DNA of 63,925 nucleotides, the filler included, from Chiloscyllium plagiosum (lineage: Eukaryota): NCBI RefSeq assembly GCF_004010195.1. It is 5 parts of one record of this genome, joined end to end, with 100 filler letters (N's around TTAATTAATTAA, not from the genome) between each part and the next. Parts side by side here need not be neighbours in the genome. Positions count along the whole stretch, not along the records: positions 20,546 to 41,981 come from NC_057717.1; positions 42,082 to 52,031 come from NC_057717.1; 3 more parts are not named here. The stretch is one strand, 5' to 3'. Shown here one piece after another: positions 35,283 to 48,458 of the stretch. Both the position numbers and the translations under genes were made by a program. Under the pieces are notes generated by a model. That model saw only the letters and a list, made by a program, of their open reading frames with translations, was not told where the DNA came from and did not search any database. The stretch's first letter is position 1. The number at the start of each line of letters is the position of its first letter.

Positions 35283-38200
35283 GATTATCCCCTGATCTTT
35301 TAAAAGCCCTGAACGTTGGTGAGTCTACGACTGTTGAATGCCAGGCGTTCTGCACCTTCACTACTCACTGGGAATAGAACCTACATCGGCATCTATCAGC
35401 CTCATTTTAAAGCTGTGTGCCCTTGTGCCAACCATCACCATTTTAAAAAAAATATCCTTCGCTGTCCACCTTAAAAAACCTCTGATCATCTTGCATGTCT
35501 CTATTAAATCATCTCTCAAACATCTTATCTCTGACATAAACAGCCTCAAGTCCCTCAGTCTTTCCTCGTTAGACATTCCCTCCACACAAGACAGCATCGC
35601 AATAACTCTCCTCTGCACTTTTTCCAATGCTTGCACATCCCTGATATGGTGACCAGAACTGTGCGCGACTCCACAAGTGCGGCCACAGCAGAGAATTTCT
35701 GGAATGCAACATGACCTCATGGCTCTGAAACCCAATCCCTCTCCCAATAAATCTAACACACCGTGCTCCTTCCAAAGAAACCTGTCAACACGGGTGGTAA
35801 CTTACAGAGTTTTATGCACAGTAGCACGGAGATCTCTCTGCTCATCTAAACTTCCAAGAATATTACTTTTAGCCCAGAACTCTTTCTTCTTGTTGCTCCT
35901 TCCAAAGTGAATGACCTCACAGTTTCCCACATTAATCTCTGTTTTCCACCTCTGAGCTCAGCTCAGCAGATTATTCATGTCCAACTGCAACCTGCAGTAG
36001 CATTTGGAGCTGTTGACAACTCCATTGAGCTTCGTGTCATTGGCAAATTTACTGACCCATTATTCCATGCCCTAATCCAGGTTATTTATAAAAATGACAA
36101 ACAGCAGTGGACCGAAAAAAAACCTTCTGCTAAACCATTAGTTTCTGAATCCAGGACGAACATTTCCCATCAACTACCCACTCTGTCTTCTTTCAGATAC
36201 CCATTTTCTGATGCACTCCGATGAAAAAAATATCAATCCTATGCCTACGTATTTTATGCAATAGCCAACCGTGGGGAATATTATCAATGCCTTAGTGAAA
36301 ACCATATCCACCATTTCAAACGCTTCACCCTCATCCACCTATTTGCTCACATTCTCAAAGAGCTCAATAAGGTTTGTGAAGCACAAACTACTCTTCACAA
36401 AATCGAATTCACTATCCCGAATCAACTTTTTCCTTATTAGATGATCATAAATCCTATCTCTCATAACTTTTTCCAAAACTTTACCTACAACGAAACTAAG
36501 GCTCATTGTTCTACAGTTACCAAAGTTTTCTCTGCTCCTCGTCTTGGAGAAGGGGTCAAAATTTGCTAAGTTTGAGTCTTATCGCACTAATCACATAGAC
36601 ACAGATGAAACAAAGTTCACAGTTAAAAGTTCAGCATTCTCGACCCACGATTCCCAGAGAATCCTAGGATACATCCCATCAAGCCCAAAGGACAGATCCT
36701 TTTTCACACTTTCAAGAATTCCCAACACAAATTCCTTCTGAACATCAATTTCGTGTACTCTAATAGGTTGTATCTGCGTATTCTCCTCGATAGCATTGTC
36801 TTTTTTCATTTCTGACACAGATGAAAAATATTCATTCAGCGCCTTTCCTTTCCTCGGACTCCACGGACAACGTCCCACGATGCTTCTTGAAAGTTCTAAT
36901 CGTATCCTACTCATTCATTTGTTCCTGAAATGTCAATAAAAAGCTTCAGGGTTTTCCTTCACCCTGCCAGCCATAGACATCGCATGTCCCCTTTTCGCTT
37001 GATGTAGTTCTCTATTTCGGCTCTTCTTGGCGAGTTTTTAATTCTCAAGCACCCGACCTGAGCCTGAACATCTCATCTTTACATAAGCCTCCTTCTCCCT
37101 CTTGACAATAGATTCAAGTTCTTCAGTAGACATGGCTCCCTGGCTCGACCACATATTCCCTGATTGACGCATACATACTTATCAAGGGCACGCAGTAGCT
37201 CCTCCCTGAACACGCTCCAGATTTGAGTTGTACCGAACCGCTGCAGATAATTTCTCCATCCTGTGCATCCTAACTGACGCCTAATCACCTTTCTCCCAGC
37301 AATACCTCTTGCCCTGCAATATATACTTATTCCTGTCACCAAAGTGCTCACTTCCCTCCAAATCGAACAGATGGCTTGGTTCATTACCCAGTACCAATTC
37401 CAATGTGACTTTGCTTCTTGTCGGCCTGTCTATATGCTGTGTCAGGAAACCCTCCTGCACACATTGGACAAAAACTCACCGATCAGATTTACTCAAACTA
37501 TAACCTTTCCAATCAATATTTGGAAACTTAAAGTTCCCCATGACAGCCATCCCGTTATTTTCGTTTTTATCCAGAATCATCTTTGCAATCTTTTCCTGTA
37601 TATCTCTAGAACGTTTCACTGGGCTATTGAAAACTCCATTCACAGTGACCTCTCCTTTCTTGAGCTGAAAATGTGTTGCTGGAAAAGCGCAGCAGGTCAG
37701 ACAGCATCCAGGGAACAGGAGAATCGACGTTTCGGGAATAAGCCCTTCTTCAGGAATTGCACTTTTCCAGCAACACATTTTCAGCTCTGATCTCCAGCAT
37801 CTGCAGACCTCACTTTCTCCTCTCCTTTCCTGAGTCTACTATCAGACCATTCTAGCTCGGTAGACTTCGTAGAGTGCTCATCAAATAACTTTTTCGCTCC
37901 CGTAATACTGTGCTTGGCTAATCATGCCACACCTCGCCCTCCTTAACCACCTTCCTTGTTCTTAATGAAACATCGAAACTGCGGCACCAGGAACACACAG
38001 TCCTTTCACTACTCCATTCATGTCTCTGAAATGGCCACGAAGTCCCCCAGTTAAAGCCCATGCTATAAGTAAACCTACCTTATTCCAGATGGTCCTGGCG
38101 ATGAAGTAAACACACTTCAAACGATCTTCATCCTTGCCAGTACACTCTTGCAAACCTGAAAACCTATTTATGTCCTCACTACTCAAAACCTCCTGTTAGC

Positions 38201-39110
38201 TTGAGCGACAATTCAGGTTTACATTGCGCTGCTGAGTTCGTTTAAACCCTCCTGAAGAGCATTAGCAAATTATCCCCCCCACCCCAGGATATTGGTTCTC
38301 CTGTGGTTCAGGTGAAACCATCCTATTTGTAGAGGTACCACCTACTCCAGAATAAGACCCAATTGTCCATGTATCCGAATCCCTGTCCCCGTACCATCCC
38401 GGTAGCCACATGTTCAAAAGCTCTCTCCCTAGCCTCCATCTCTGTACGACGTGTCATGGGTATCAAATCAGAGAGAACATCTCTGTTTGACCGAGATCGA
38501 AGATGTCACTCTCGCTCACTGAATTTCTGCCTTATATCTACATGCCTTTTCTTGCCTATGTTGTTGTTGCATGTGTGGACCATGACATGCGACTACTCCC
38601 CCTCCCTCTTAAGAATCGCAAAAACACGATGTGAGACATCACAAACCCTGGGAGCTGAGAGGCAACACACCAATCATAAGTGTGTCCCCTTCCCACTGAA
38701 TCAGCGATCTGTTTCCCTCACTATGAAGTCTCCAAAATTAATGCTCTTTTCCTCTCTCCCCTATCCTTCTGAGCAACAGGAATAAACTCTGTGCGAGCGA
38801 CCTGTGCCCCATGTTTACCCCTCCTAAGTCATTCCACCTCAAAAGTATCAATAATGGGATGCTGTGCTTGTAACCGAGCAGCACGGCCACAGTGGATGCA
38901 TGCACTGTATGTCAGTTCCCTCTTCGTTTACCAACTGAAACCCATTGATCTTTTTCTTGTACCTGAGGTGTTACGGCCTGCCTATAACTCCTCTCAATTA
39001 TCTCCTCAGTCTCCCGAATGATCCAACGTCCAGTTGCAGTTTCCTTCGACACTTGCCAAGAAACTAGAGTTGGGTGCACTTCCCACAGATGCAGATATCT
39101 GGGACTGAAG
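35283..39110 (-). mobile_element. Near full-length decayed CR1 LINE (ORF1 plus ORF2)
   Basis: RT C-terminus (LEKVQRR, LRDDLIET), 'ALNEYFSSV..GLDGMYPRIL', APE 'MGNFKFPNIDW' and 'LKCVYFIARTI', then ORF1-like sequence. Confidence 0.85.
37665..37820. mobile_element. Palindromic Penelope-derived insertion with ~14-bp TSD inside the CR1
   Basis: Flanked by TCTCCTTTC(T/C)TGAG at 37651 and 37821. Confidence 0.8.
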
Positions 39111-39213
39111 CAGTGACAGTGGTTATCTTTATCGCTTGTTCAACTGGTGAACATGACTGCTATTAACCATGTCCGTGTTAACATCACGGCTCTTAAAGTG
39201 CGGCGCGTGTGTT

Positions 39214-39286
39214 GGGCCAGTGGCGCAATGGATAACGCGCCTGACTAGAGATCAGGAAACTGTAGGTTCGAATCCTAACTGGCTCG
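39214..39286 (+). tRNA. tRNA with Arg(ACG)-family body but anticodon AGA; near-intact cloverleaf
   Basis: GGGCCAG/CTGGCTC acceptor stem, intact A box TGGCGCAATGG, CCTGA-CT AGA GA-TCAGG anticodon arm, GGTTCGAATCC B box, and a T5 run about 35 nt downstream. Confidence 0.85.
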
Positions 39287-40367
39287 GGGCAAGTGTAGGC
39301 TGTTATCAATCCTAACAACTGATTTTTCTGAAGTCGAAATAAGGTGTATGTTCCTAATCTGCAGCAACGAGAATGCCTTCATTAAATGTCCCCGAGAACA
39401 TGAGAGTCAATGTTCCAGCGTCAGCACAGGAGGGAAGCCGAATAGTCGGACACGTTACTCACAGGCACCATTCCATTTCATAAAGACACCGATCGAATAC
39501 CTGTTACCCGCGGGAATGGTCGGCTTTGAGCAGTTTTCGAAACTCTTTGGCCAGTGGATCAGAGAAGAATGAAGGGTTAACTGTCCAACTGATCTTTATA
39601 GAGAGTGAGTTCCAGAGTCTACCACGAGCTGACTGATAATTTTTTCCTACTTGTCTATTCAAAGCTTTCTGCATCTTATCTGAAATCTACAAACCCTGGT
39701 GATCGATCAAGAGCAAATGTTTCCTTCAATCTGTAATTCGATGCTCCTAATTATTTCGTACACGTCAATCATGTCTCCTCACAATCAGCTCTGCTCTGAG
39801 AAAGAAAACAACTCCCTTTTTGCCGAGGCCACACCATTCAAAACATTCTTATGCAGGCAATCCAGAGCGTAACGTCGTTATTTGTTTTGGTGAATGTACA
39901 GTAAAATTTACTCGGAATACTTTAGCTAGGTTGACTTCCAGTTTTTAAAACAGAGAGAAATGTATTCACAATATTAAGGGATGAAACAAAGTGAACAGAA
40001 TATAGAATACCCACAGAACTCAGCTACTCAAAATAGACTTCATAATGCTTTTCCAAAAATACGTAACAGTCCTGATAATTAAAACCCAGAAACACAGAGT
40101 AATAATTGAATAGGTTTACAGGTCGAAATTAGAGTTGCAGAAGAAGAGAGACACGCATATCACTGGTATCGATAGGCACTTTGAAAGCCTTCGTGTAAGT
40201 GCTGTGGCTGATACTTTAGCAATGGTTAATAAAGTATTTAGGCTGTCAAATACATTTTGAAAGTCTTGTGTTCATTGAACTTTCTTGCCTGTTTTTAACA
40301 ATTCGGTGAGTGGAGCAGTCCCACAGTTAACATTCAGTAAAAGCCGCTCAATCCGTAGTATGCTCTT

Positions 40368-40659
40368 AGATTAGATTACATTACAGTGTGGAAACAGGCC
40401 CTTCGGCCAAACAAGTCCACAGCGACCCGCCGAAGCGCAACCCACCCCTGTCCCTACATACCGAACACTACGGGGCAATTTAGCATGGCCAATTCAACTG
40501 ACCTGCACATCTTTGGAGTATGTGAGGAAACCGGAGCGAACACACGCAGACACGGGGAGAACGTGCAAACTCCACACAGTCAGTCGCCTGAGGCGGGAAT
40601 TGAACCCGAGTCTCTGGCGCTGTGAGGCAGCTATGCCATCCACCGTGCCACCGTGCCGC
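40368..40659 (-). mobile_element. HE1-type V-SINE
   Basis: Reverse complement of the 27359 element. Confidence 0.9.
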
Positions 40660-40689
40660 TCTTTTGATCAACAACGTGTAAAAGTCCCC

Positions 40690-41330
40690 TGTAACTTTCG
40701 ATTTCGCATCCCGTGTGGCTATTTGTCCGTGTTCAACGACATATCCCAGGTAGGGGACTTTGGCTTTGGCAGATTCACTTTCAGCTAGGTTTACAAATCA
40801 GTTTGACTTCCGAATTCAATCAAACAAGCCCGATAAATGCTGTAAATATTCAATCCATGAGAGACTTACAGTCACCAGGCATAATATACACCACACAGTT
40901 GCGTATCCGGCAATTATCCTGTCAGTTAACCTCTGAAATGTGGCTGAAGTGTTTTCCGGACAAACGGCATTACGAAAAATTTCTGCAGTCCAGGAGGTGT
41001 TATAAAATTGCCTTTGATCTTTCTGACAAAGTTCACTGCCAGTAACCTTTGAGGAAGTCCAACTTCGAAATGTAAGTTGCTCCTCCAATCTTTTCCACAC
41101 AGTCCTCCAACTGCAGATATGTATCAGTCTTTCTAACAACATTGATTTTGTGATAGTCCACACACAACTGTTGGGTCTTATCTGGCTTTGGCACCTTGAT
41201 GATGGGTGAACTCCTTTATTGAAACTCACTTCGGTTATGCCATTTTGGAGCATACGTGACATCTCCTTATGAACTTGTACAACTTTAGAGCGTTATGCCT
41301 GCGAGGATGTTACAGAGTTGAACAGCATCT
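40690..41330 (-). mobile_element. Gypsy-type LTR retrotransposon RT fragment
   Basis: Manual translation gives 'EDCVEKIGGATYISKLDFLKGYWQ' and 'SATFQRLTD'. Confidence 0.7.
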
Positions 41331-41344
41331 CCTATAATTACATC

Positions 41345-41981
41345 ATAGAACATAGAACATAGAACAATACAGCACAGAACAGGCCCTTCGGCCCATGATG
41401 TTGTGCCGAACATTTGTCCTAGCTTAAGCACCCATCCATGTACCTATCCAATTGCCACTTAAAGTTCACCGATGATTCTGACTCTGCCACTCCCATAGGC
41501 AGCGCATTCCATGCCCCTCTCTGGGTAAAGAACGTAACCCTGACATCTCCCCTATACCTTTCACCTTTCACGTTAAATTTATGTCCCCTTGTCACACTCT
41601 GTTGTACCCGGGGAAAAAGTTTCTGATTCTCTACTCTATCTATTCCCCTGATCATCTTATACACCTCTAGCAAGTCACCCCTCATCCTTCTCCGTTCCAA
41701 TGAAAAAAGGACTAGCATGCTCAAACTATCCTCGTACGGCCTATTCTCAATTCCAGGCAACATCCTGGTAAATCTTCTCTGCACCCTTTCCAAAGCTTCC
41801 ACATCTTTCCGAAAGTGAGGCGACCAGAACTGCACACAGTACTCCAAATGTGGCCTAACCAAAGTCCTGTACAGCTGTAACATAACTTCACGACTCTTGA
41901 ATTCAATCCCTCTGCTAATGAACGCTAATACACCATAGGTCTTCTTACAAGCTCTATCCACCTGAGTGGCAACTTTCAAAG
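41345..41981 (-). mobile_element. Young CR1 LINE 3' end with (TTCTATG)n tail
   Basis: Open 186-aa ORF2 C-terminus (LVRPHLEYCVQFWSP). Confidence 0.92.
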
Positions 41982-42081
41982 NNNNNNNNNNNNNNNNNNN
42001 NNNNNNNNNNNNNNNNNNNNNNNNNTTAATTAATTAANNNNNNNNNNNNNNNNNNNNNNNNNNNNNNNNNNNNNNNNNNNN

Positions 42082-42545
42082 ATTTACTCGGATGTTGCCA
42101 GGTAAGGTGGGAAGGTCTTACGAGGAAAGGCTGAGGGACTTGTAGTTGTTTTCGTTAGAGACAAGAATGTTGAGAAGTGACTTAATAGAGACATATAATA
42201 AAATCAGAGGGTTAGATAGGATGGACAGGGAGAGCCTTCTTCCAAGAATGGTGACAGCGAGCACGAGGGGGCATAGCATTAAATTTAAGGGTGAAAGATT
42301 TCGGACAGATGTTCGGGGTAGTTTCTTTACTCAGAGAGTAGGAACGGTGTGGAATGCTTTGCCTGCAATGGTAGTAGATTCGCCAACTTTAAGTACATTT
42401 AAGTCGTCATTAGACAGGCATATGGACGAACATGGAATTGTGTTGGTTAGATGGGCTTCAGATTGGTATGACAGGCCGGTGCAACATCGAGTGCCGAAGG
42501 GCCTGTACTGCGCTGTAATGTTCCATGTTCTATGTTTTATGCTCT
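42082..42545 (+). mobile_element. CR1 LINE 3' end
   Basis: FSLE..LRSDLIETY..WNALP, followed by a tail. Confidence 0.88.
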
Positions 42546-43448
42546 AACTCCCTCTGCTTCTGTTCAAGGGTGTACTTGCTTTCTGTTCACTGTTTCATTG
42601 TGCATTACCTGAATGACATTTTTACGAACGCCCATTTTCCCAAACGTGCACTGCGGCCTTCGCAGCTTTATTTTTCCACAAGGGCTCCAACATGGTGGAA
42701 GGGAAGGAGTTGCAGGTTATTCACCCAATGATGAAATCCTGAGTTCTACCAATTCCTCTCCTGCATGTGGGAGTACTCACAACAAGGCTTGCTCACCCAT
42801 CACCGGGCAGCTAAATTTCAAAGTTTTCATCATTGTCTACAAATCTCTTGACTGTCTTCCCTCTATCTGTCACTGTCATGTCTTCCAGGCCACTCAAGAG
42901 TAAATAGAGCTTGTCAATAGTATGCCAATCCAGCCAGCGGACACGGCACCCAAGATTATGTTTGAAAGTGCTCTCTCAGATATCTGCATTCCCTCGAATT
43001 CCAAACTCCGGAGCATGTTCGATTTGAACTGTTTCACGTTTGGTGCCGACATGTCATCTGCCAAGGCAAGGAATTATGAAATCTTGTAGCTATGTAAATC
43101 GCACCAGGCTATAGTAAAGGAATTACTCACCAAATAATTAAGAAAAAAACTGTAATACATGCTAACATCAGGGCAATTTATTGGTATCAATACTACATCG
43201 TGTCTTTCATATAATAGAAAATTCAAAGCGTTTACTCTGAGGGAGTTTAAACAAATGTTGATCTCTGTCACATTATGAGATATTGGGAAGCTGACAAAGT
43301 GTTATATCGAACAAGTAATCAAAGAAATGGGTTTCAAGTCGTATTTTGTCTCAATAAACGTAGCTTGTATCACAAAATTGAGATGACCGAAGTTTTCCTG
43401 TCAGAGGTCATCGTCTTTTGTCAATCTCAAAAATGCGCCTGGGTTAGT

Positions 43449-43520
43449 GCTTCCATAGCTCAGTGATTCAAGCACTGGTTATGTAAACCCGGGTTGTAAC
43501 CTCGAATTTCACTGCGGCCT
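43449..43520 (+). pseudogene. tRNA-Thr(TGT) pseudogene
   Basis: Aligns to GGCTCCATAGCTCAGTGGTTAGAGCACTGGTCTTGTAAACCAGGGGTC...GGCCT. The A and B boxes are mutated. Confidence 0.75.
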
Positions 43521-44434
43521 TACTGAACTTTCTTGCAACTACTGCAGCGGGCATCCGAAGGTGCATTCTCTATTTTGTTAGGAATTATTTTTGAAGGAAC
43601 AGCTGGAAGTTATTTTTTACGGAGACCAGGCCGCATCTGTTTCTGTTTAGAAGTCCACATCAGTGTTTTTTCTTCGAGGAACATGAGGATAACACGCCTC
43701 TGATGCGAAGAATGCCTTCGATTGGCAGGAAGAACAACATGAATCAGTAGAAGCAGTAAAGTAACGGTGAAACAGTGCAGGACGAAAACGTACAGGTATG
43801 CGGCTGAATGCTTCCATTCCGTATGTAGAGACAGGAATCTGCTGGAATTCAAATTAAACAAGTAGGAGGCTTGAAGAGCACAGCTCGTCAGGCTGTCTCA
43901 GAGGTGGAGAAGTCAACGTTTAGCAGGTACCAATTATTCACGATTGGGGCAGTCCTCGAAGGACAGACTGTTTACCCCTCTGATAATGTAAACAGAATCG
44001 GGTTTCAAAGCGAGTCCTGACGAAAGAAGAGGCCAAACGGATCAATTCCTCATTTTATGGATGTTTCCGTGTAGTGGAGATGGCCTTTGTCACTTTCAAA
44101 AGATATGTCTGTATAGTTCCCTCTATGGGTCAAAGTGAGGTTCAGTTCTCCCGCAGTTCATGAACAAATTTGACGATATCTGATATCAGTCTCATTCACT
44201 GGTTCATTTGAGATTAAAACTTTGCAGGGAAAGTCTCATTCAGATGAACACTTCAGACATCAAGCTGCGGGCCAATTAGCGGTAACTGGAAAAGAGAATA
44301 TTTAGATGTTTGATGACTGGCACTGACATAATGTATTATTCTGTGCTGTAAAACACTCTTTTTTGGAAGGAATTTCTCATCGCAGGAAAAGAAAGCTATG
44401 CTGTTCAGAGAAGATACAATTGCACATTCCGTCC

Positions 44435-44506
44435 TTCCTGGTCGACCAGTGGTTACGATGCAGCGCTTTCACCGTTGTGGTTTGGGTTCACTTCTTGCTC
44501 AGGGAA
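44435..44506 (+). pseudogene. tRNA-Glu(TTC) pseudogene
   Basis: TTCCTGG..AGTGGTTACGAT..GCGCTTTCACCG..GGGTTC..TCAGGGAA, full 72-nt length. Confidence 0.78.
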
Positions 44507-45854
44507 TCTGGATTTATTGTTCCTGATAAGGGCAACAACAAGAGAAGACCATATTTGACAGGAATCGAATTTCAAACGCGTCCACATGTGCCTTGCATAA
44601 TTGTACAGAGCCGCAAGGTGGCTCACTGGTTATCACTGCTGCCGCACAGCGCCAGAGATATGATTTGCCTATAACTGGGTCGAATGTCAGTAAGGTGTCT
44701 TACTCAGCAGCAAATGAAGAGAAAAAGTGCAAGGAAATGTTGTGTGAGGGTTAATCCCTGGAAGATTCGTGCGCATTTGTTTCATCGAATAGCCAGTTTC
44801 TGAACTGTGGGCATTCTATGTTCCCTTACTGTGTTGCTTTAACACATGTTCAGACAGGGGAGAAAAGTGAGGAAAAACAGTCAAGGCCCCATCCGTGATT
44901 GATCCATTGTGCAACAACCAACGGATATACTTTTGACTGAACTAACTCCCGTTTTCCCGACATTGGTAATGGGAGTATACAGCATTAGAACGGGTTTTCA
45001 TGTGTTGTTTTGGCCCCAGCATCCTTTCTCAACATGGACTATAGTGGGACATAAAGAGATGATGAAAGACATGGATGGCGATGGCTGGAATGAAAAGACA
45101 TCCGGAAGAATGGACAGCGTTTTCTTGGAAACAGAAAAATGGAAAAGAAGCCAACGATGTAGTGAGGGATAATGCCATTTGAAACGACAAAGTGGGGTTT
45201 CTTGGGATGGTGGAAAAGATGAGTAGATCATGTGGCGTGTTCTCCAGATCTCCCCACTCATCTAATAATTCAAAAAGATGGCGACAATCAAAGTGAAACG
45301 ATACTATCGTGAGTTGGAACTGACTTGCCGATGCAATGTGCCTTTGTTCTTTCATGCGTTGCATTGGAAAATTTGGCTGCTATCACAGAGAAGGGAGTGA
45401 GTTCATTTGCTGCTCACTCATCTCCCCCAAAAACATATCTCGTGACAAGACACGAAAAAAATCCTGTTTGAATCGTGTAATCTTCACAGCAGTACATAAA
45501 AACATCTTTGTCATTTCTACTCCAGTTTTTCTGATAACAGGCAGAATGTCCAATCAGACAAATCTAATATTTTATGGATTGTTTTAATGGACTGTGCGAG
45601 TTTGCAGCAACATCAGTAATATGAAACGAGCTAAACCTCCTTTCCAGAATTTAACACAGCGCAGGATCAGCGACTTGTGAAACGTCATCGCCTTCAGAAA
45701 TCACCTCTGTATCTCTATTGAGTGACGGATATTCACTCAGGGAGTCTTTATGGCTGGTCTTCAGTAACTGAGGTATTTATCAAGGACAGAACATTCCAAA
45801 AAACATAATTATTTGAATAAATGCTGTTTTACTCAATGTTCTTTTGCAATTTTT

Positions 45855-45896
45855 AAATATATATGCACACACACACATGCATGCATGCGCACACAC

Positions 45897-45936
<40 letters not shown>

Positions 45937-46090
45937 GTACATACATGTATTTCGCACATTCGAAAGGAAGAACATTCAAATGGCCGACCATCCATTCCAA
46001 ATGTTGTGAATTCACACACACACACAAACATATATATGTGAGTGTGTGTGTGTGGGTGTGTGTGCGTATGTGTGTATGTGTGTGTGTGTG
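45855..46090. repeat. Compound (CA)/(TA)/(TG) microsatellites
   Basis: Direct reading. Confidence 0.95.
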
Positions 46091-46129
46091 AAGTCAGTAT
46101 ATTAGGAATGGATGCTCGGCCATTTGAAT

Positions 46130-47270
46130 GATTCTTCCTGTAGAATGTGCGTGATAAGAGTTTTCAATAATGTCCCTGACATTTGAATCTGTGGCAAGTG
46201 CACGCAACTCCATCTCCTTGGCAACAGCTTTCGGGAACTGGAGCTGACCATTGGATCTTTCGGGAATCTGAGGTGAATTGCGAGGAGTTACATGGAGGCA
46301 GTTCCACTTCAGGTACAAGAAAATGGTCGGGAGACGAAAAGGGAATAGGCATCCAGTGCAGGCATCTGGTTTGACTGTGCCCATCTGTAACAAGCTTACA
46401 TTATTTGTTACTTTTTGGGGGAATGACCTGCACGGGGTAAACCATGGGGTACAGATCTCTGGCACAGTGTTTGTCCCTGTGATCAGAAGGGTAATGGAAT
46501 GGGGGAGAGCAATAGTTATTGGGGAATGCATAGAGAGGGGTACAGATTGCAGTTTCTGTGGGTACAGTGCAGGCTCATGATTGATGTGATACCCCCAAGT
46601 TACCAGTTGGAGGTATCAACTCCCTGTAACTCCAAGTGTGTGAAGTTTCGCAGCGTGTTTTCAGGATCCTTAAGGGGGAGGGGGAGCAGCCCGAGGTCAT
46701 GGTTCACATATGCACTAACAACATATGTAATAAAATTGATGTGGATGTATGGCAGAAATTCAGGGATCCAGGGTGACATCTTAGATCTAGATTAAACAGA
46801 GTTGATCTCTCTGAATAGTTACACATACCACGTTATAGTGAGAGAAAGAATAGGGAGAGAGCAGATGAACACGTGGTTCTAAGGATGGTGTAGGGGATAG
46901 GGATTTGGATACTGGATAGTTGGGGATCATTCTGGAGCCGGTTGGACCTCTACAAACAGGATTGTCTTAACCTGCACTGGAAGGGTACCAATACCCTGAG
47001 TGGATAATTTTCTAACGCTCTTCAGGAGGGTTTAAACGAATTCAAGCGGAGTTTAAGCGGAGTGCGAACCTGAATTTTAGCTGCTTTTTGCAGGAAGTTT
47101 TGAGTGGTTTGGACATAAATAGGTTTTCGGGTTTGCGAGTGTATGCTGGCAAGGATGAATGTGGTTTGAAATGTGCTACTTCATCGCTAGGAGCATCTGG
47201 GATAAAGCAAGTGTCATGGGTTGTGAACTGAGACTTCAATATTGTGGTCATTTCAGAGACATGAATGGGC
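46130..47270 (+). mobile_element. Decayed CR1 LINE 5' part (ORF1 Zn-finger/esterase, start of ORF2)
   Basis: 'C..C..CGKC' N-terminus, 'RAIVIGECIERGTD' (GDS-type esterase block), and 'DCLNLHWKGT'. Confidence 0.65.
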
Positions 47271-47603
47271 AAAATGAAATTCAGCTTAATTAGTAAAGTC
47301 GCAAGAATCCAGAGTAGGAGTCAAAATATCAGAAATTCACGTTTATTACCTGGGCCAGAATTCCTGACCAGCAAAGGGGAAATCTGCCCCTGAATCCCCA
47401 GCATCCATGCTGTTGCTTGCTCCATGTGTCCACTTGGAAACCTATGTGAAGGAACATTCAGCCTGAAGGAGAACTTGTGAGAATCCTCCGCTGTATGATC
47501 TAAAGCTGAAACAAGAGCTGTCTATTCCAGCTGGGAGGGAAACGAGGTGGAGGTGAGACCAAAATGTTACTTGGCGTTTCATTCATATTGTCCTCATTTT
47601 TAT

Positions 47604-47921
47604 TAGATTAGATTAGATTACTGACAGTGTGGAAACAGGCCCTTCGGCCCAACAAGTCCACACCGACCCGCCAAAGTGTAACCCACCCATACCGCTACAT
47701 TTACACCATTACCTAACACTACGGGCAATTTAGCATGGCCAATTCACCTGACTTGCACATCTTTGGACTGTGGAAGGAAACCGGTGCCCCTGGAGGAAAC
47801 CCACGCAGACACGGGGAGAATATGCAAACTCCACACAGTCAGTCGCCTGAGTCGGGAATTGAACCCGGGTCTCTGGCGCTGCGAGGCAGCAGTGCTAACC
47901 ACTGTGCCACCGTGCCGCCCA
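47604..47921 (-). mobile_element. HE1-type V-SINE
   Basis: Complete young copy. Confidence 0.92.
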
Positions 47922-48060
47922 CCAATTTTGATTGTTTAAAAACCTAGGCCAGAAATGGCACAGACACAAAGGAGCAGAGAGAGGCCATTCTTAACACCGA
48001 TCCTGCCCTGCCACGTCATTCGACATCATCATGGCTGATACAACAATTTTAAGTCTTTTT

Positions 48061-48273
48061 CCAGCCTATCCACATCATCGTGTGCCTAGTGGCTAACAAA
48101 TATTTATCGATCTCTATCATAAATAGACATCGAACATGTAAATCTGTGAGAGGAAAATGTTCCGTTCCAGCCTATCCACATCATCGTGTTGCCTAGTGAC
48201 TAACAAATATTTATCGATCTCTATCATAAATAGACATCGAACATGTAAATCTGTGAGAGGAAAATGTTCCGTT
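48061..48273. repeat. ~106-bp tandem duplication
   Basis: Units start at 48061 and 48167 and are near identical. Confidence 0.92.
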
Positions 48274-48366
48274 TGGAGACAGTTGGGATTGTGCACGAAT
48301 ATTGCTGGTTTTGCAGATGAACAGCCGAGTCTGGTCTGACCATCTTACAAAACATGAACTAAAATC

Positions 48367-48458
48367 CGACACTGATGGGATTCGAACCCACAACCTTTGA
48401 ATAGCAAACTGAATAGGAATGTAGAAATCCAACCCGCTTTCCATTGCGCCACAAAGCC
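48367..48458 (-). tRNA. Intron-containing tRNA-Arg(TCT), variant or young pseudogene
   Basis: GGCTTTGTGGCGCAATGGAAAGCGGGTTGGATTTCTA-[~19 nt intron]-ATTCAAAGGTTGTGGGTTCGAATCCCATCAGTGTCG. The boxes are intact; there is an acceptor-stem mismatch. Confidence 0.82.

Noticed and set aside
44900..45590. Cluster of 83-111 aa ORFs in non-repeat DNA
   Set aside because: No motif or consistent frame was recognised, so coding function cannot be supported.
45780..46091. ORFs with IYIYIY/CVCVCV runs
   Set aside because: They are microsatellite translations.
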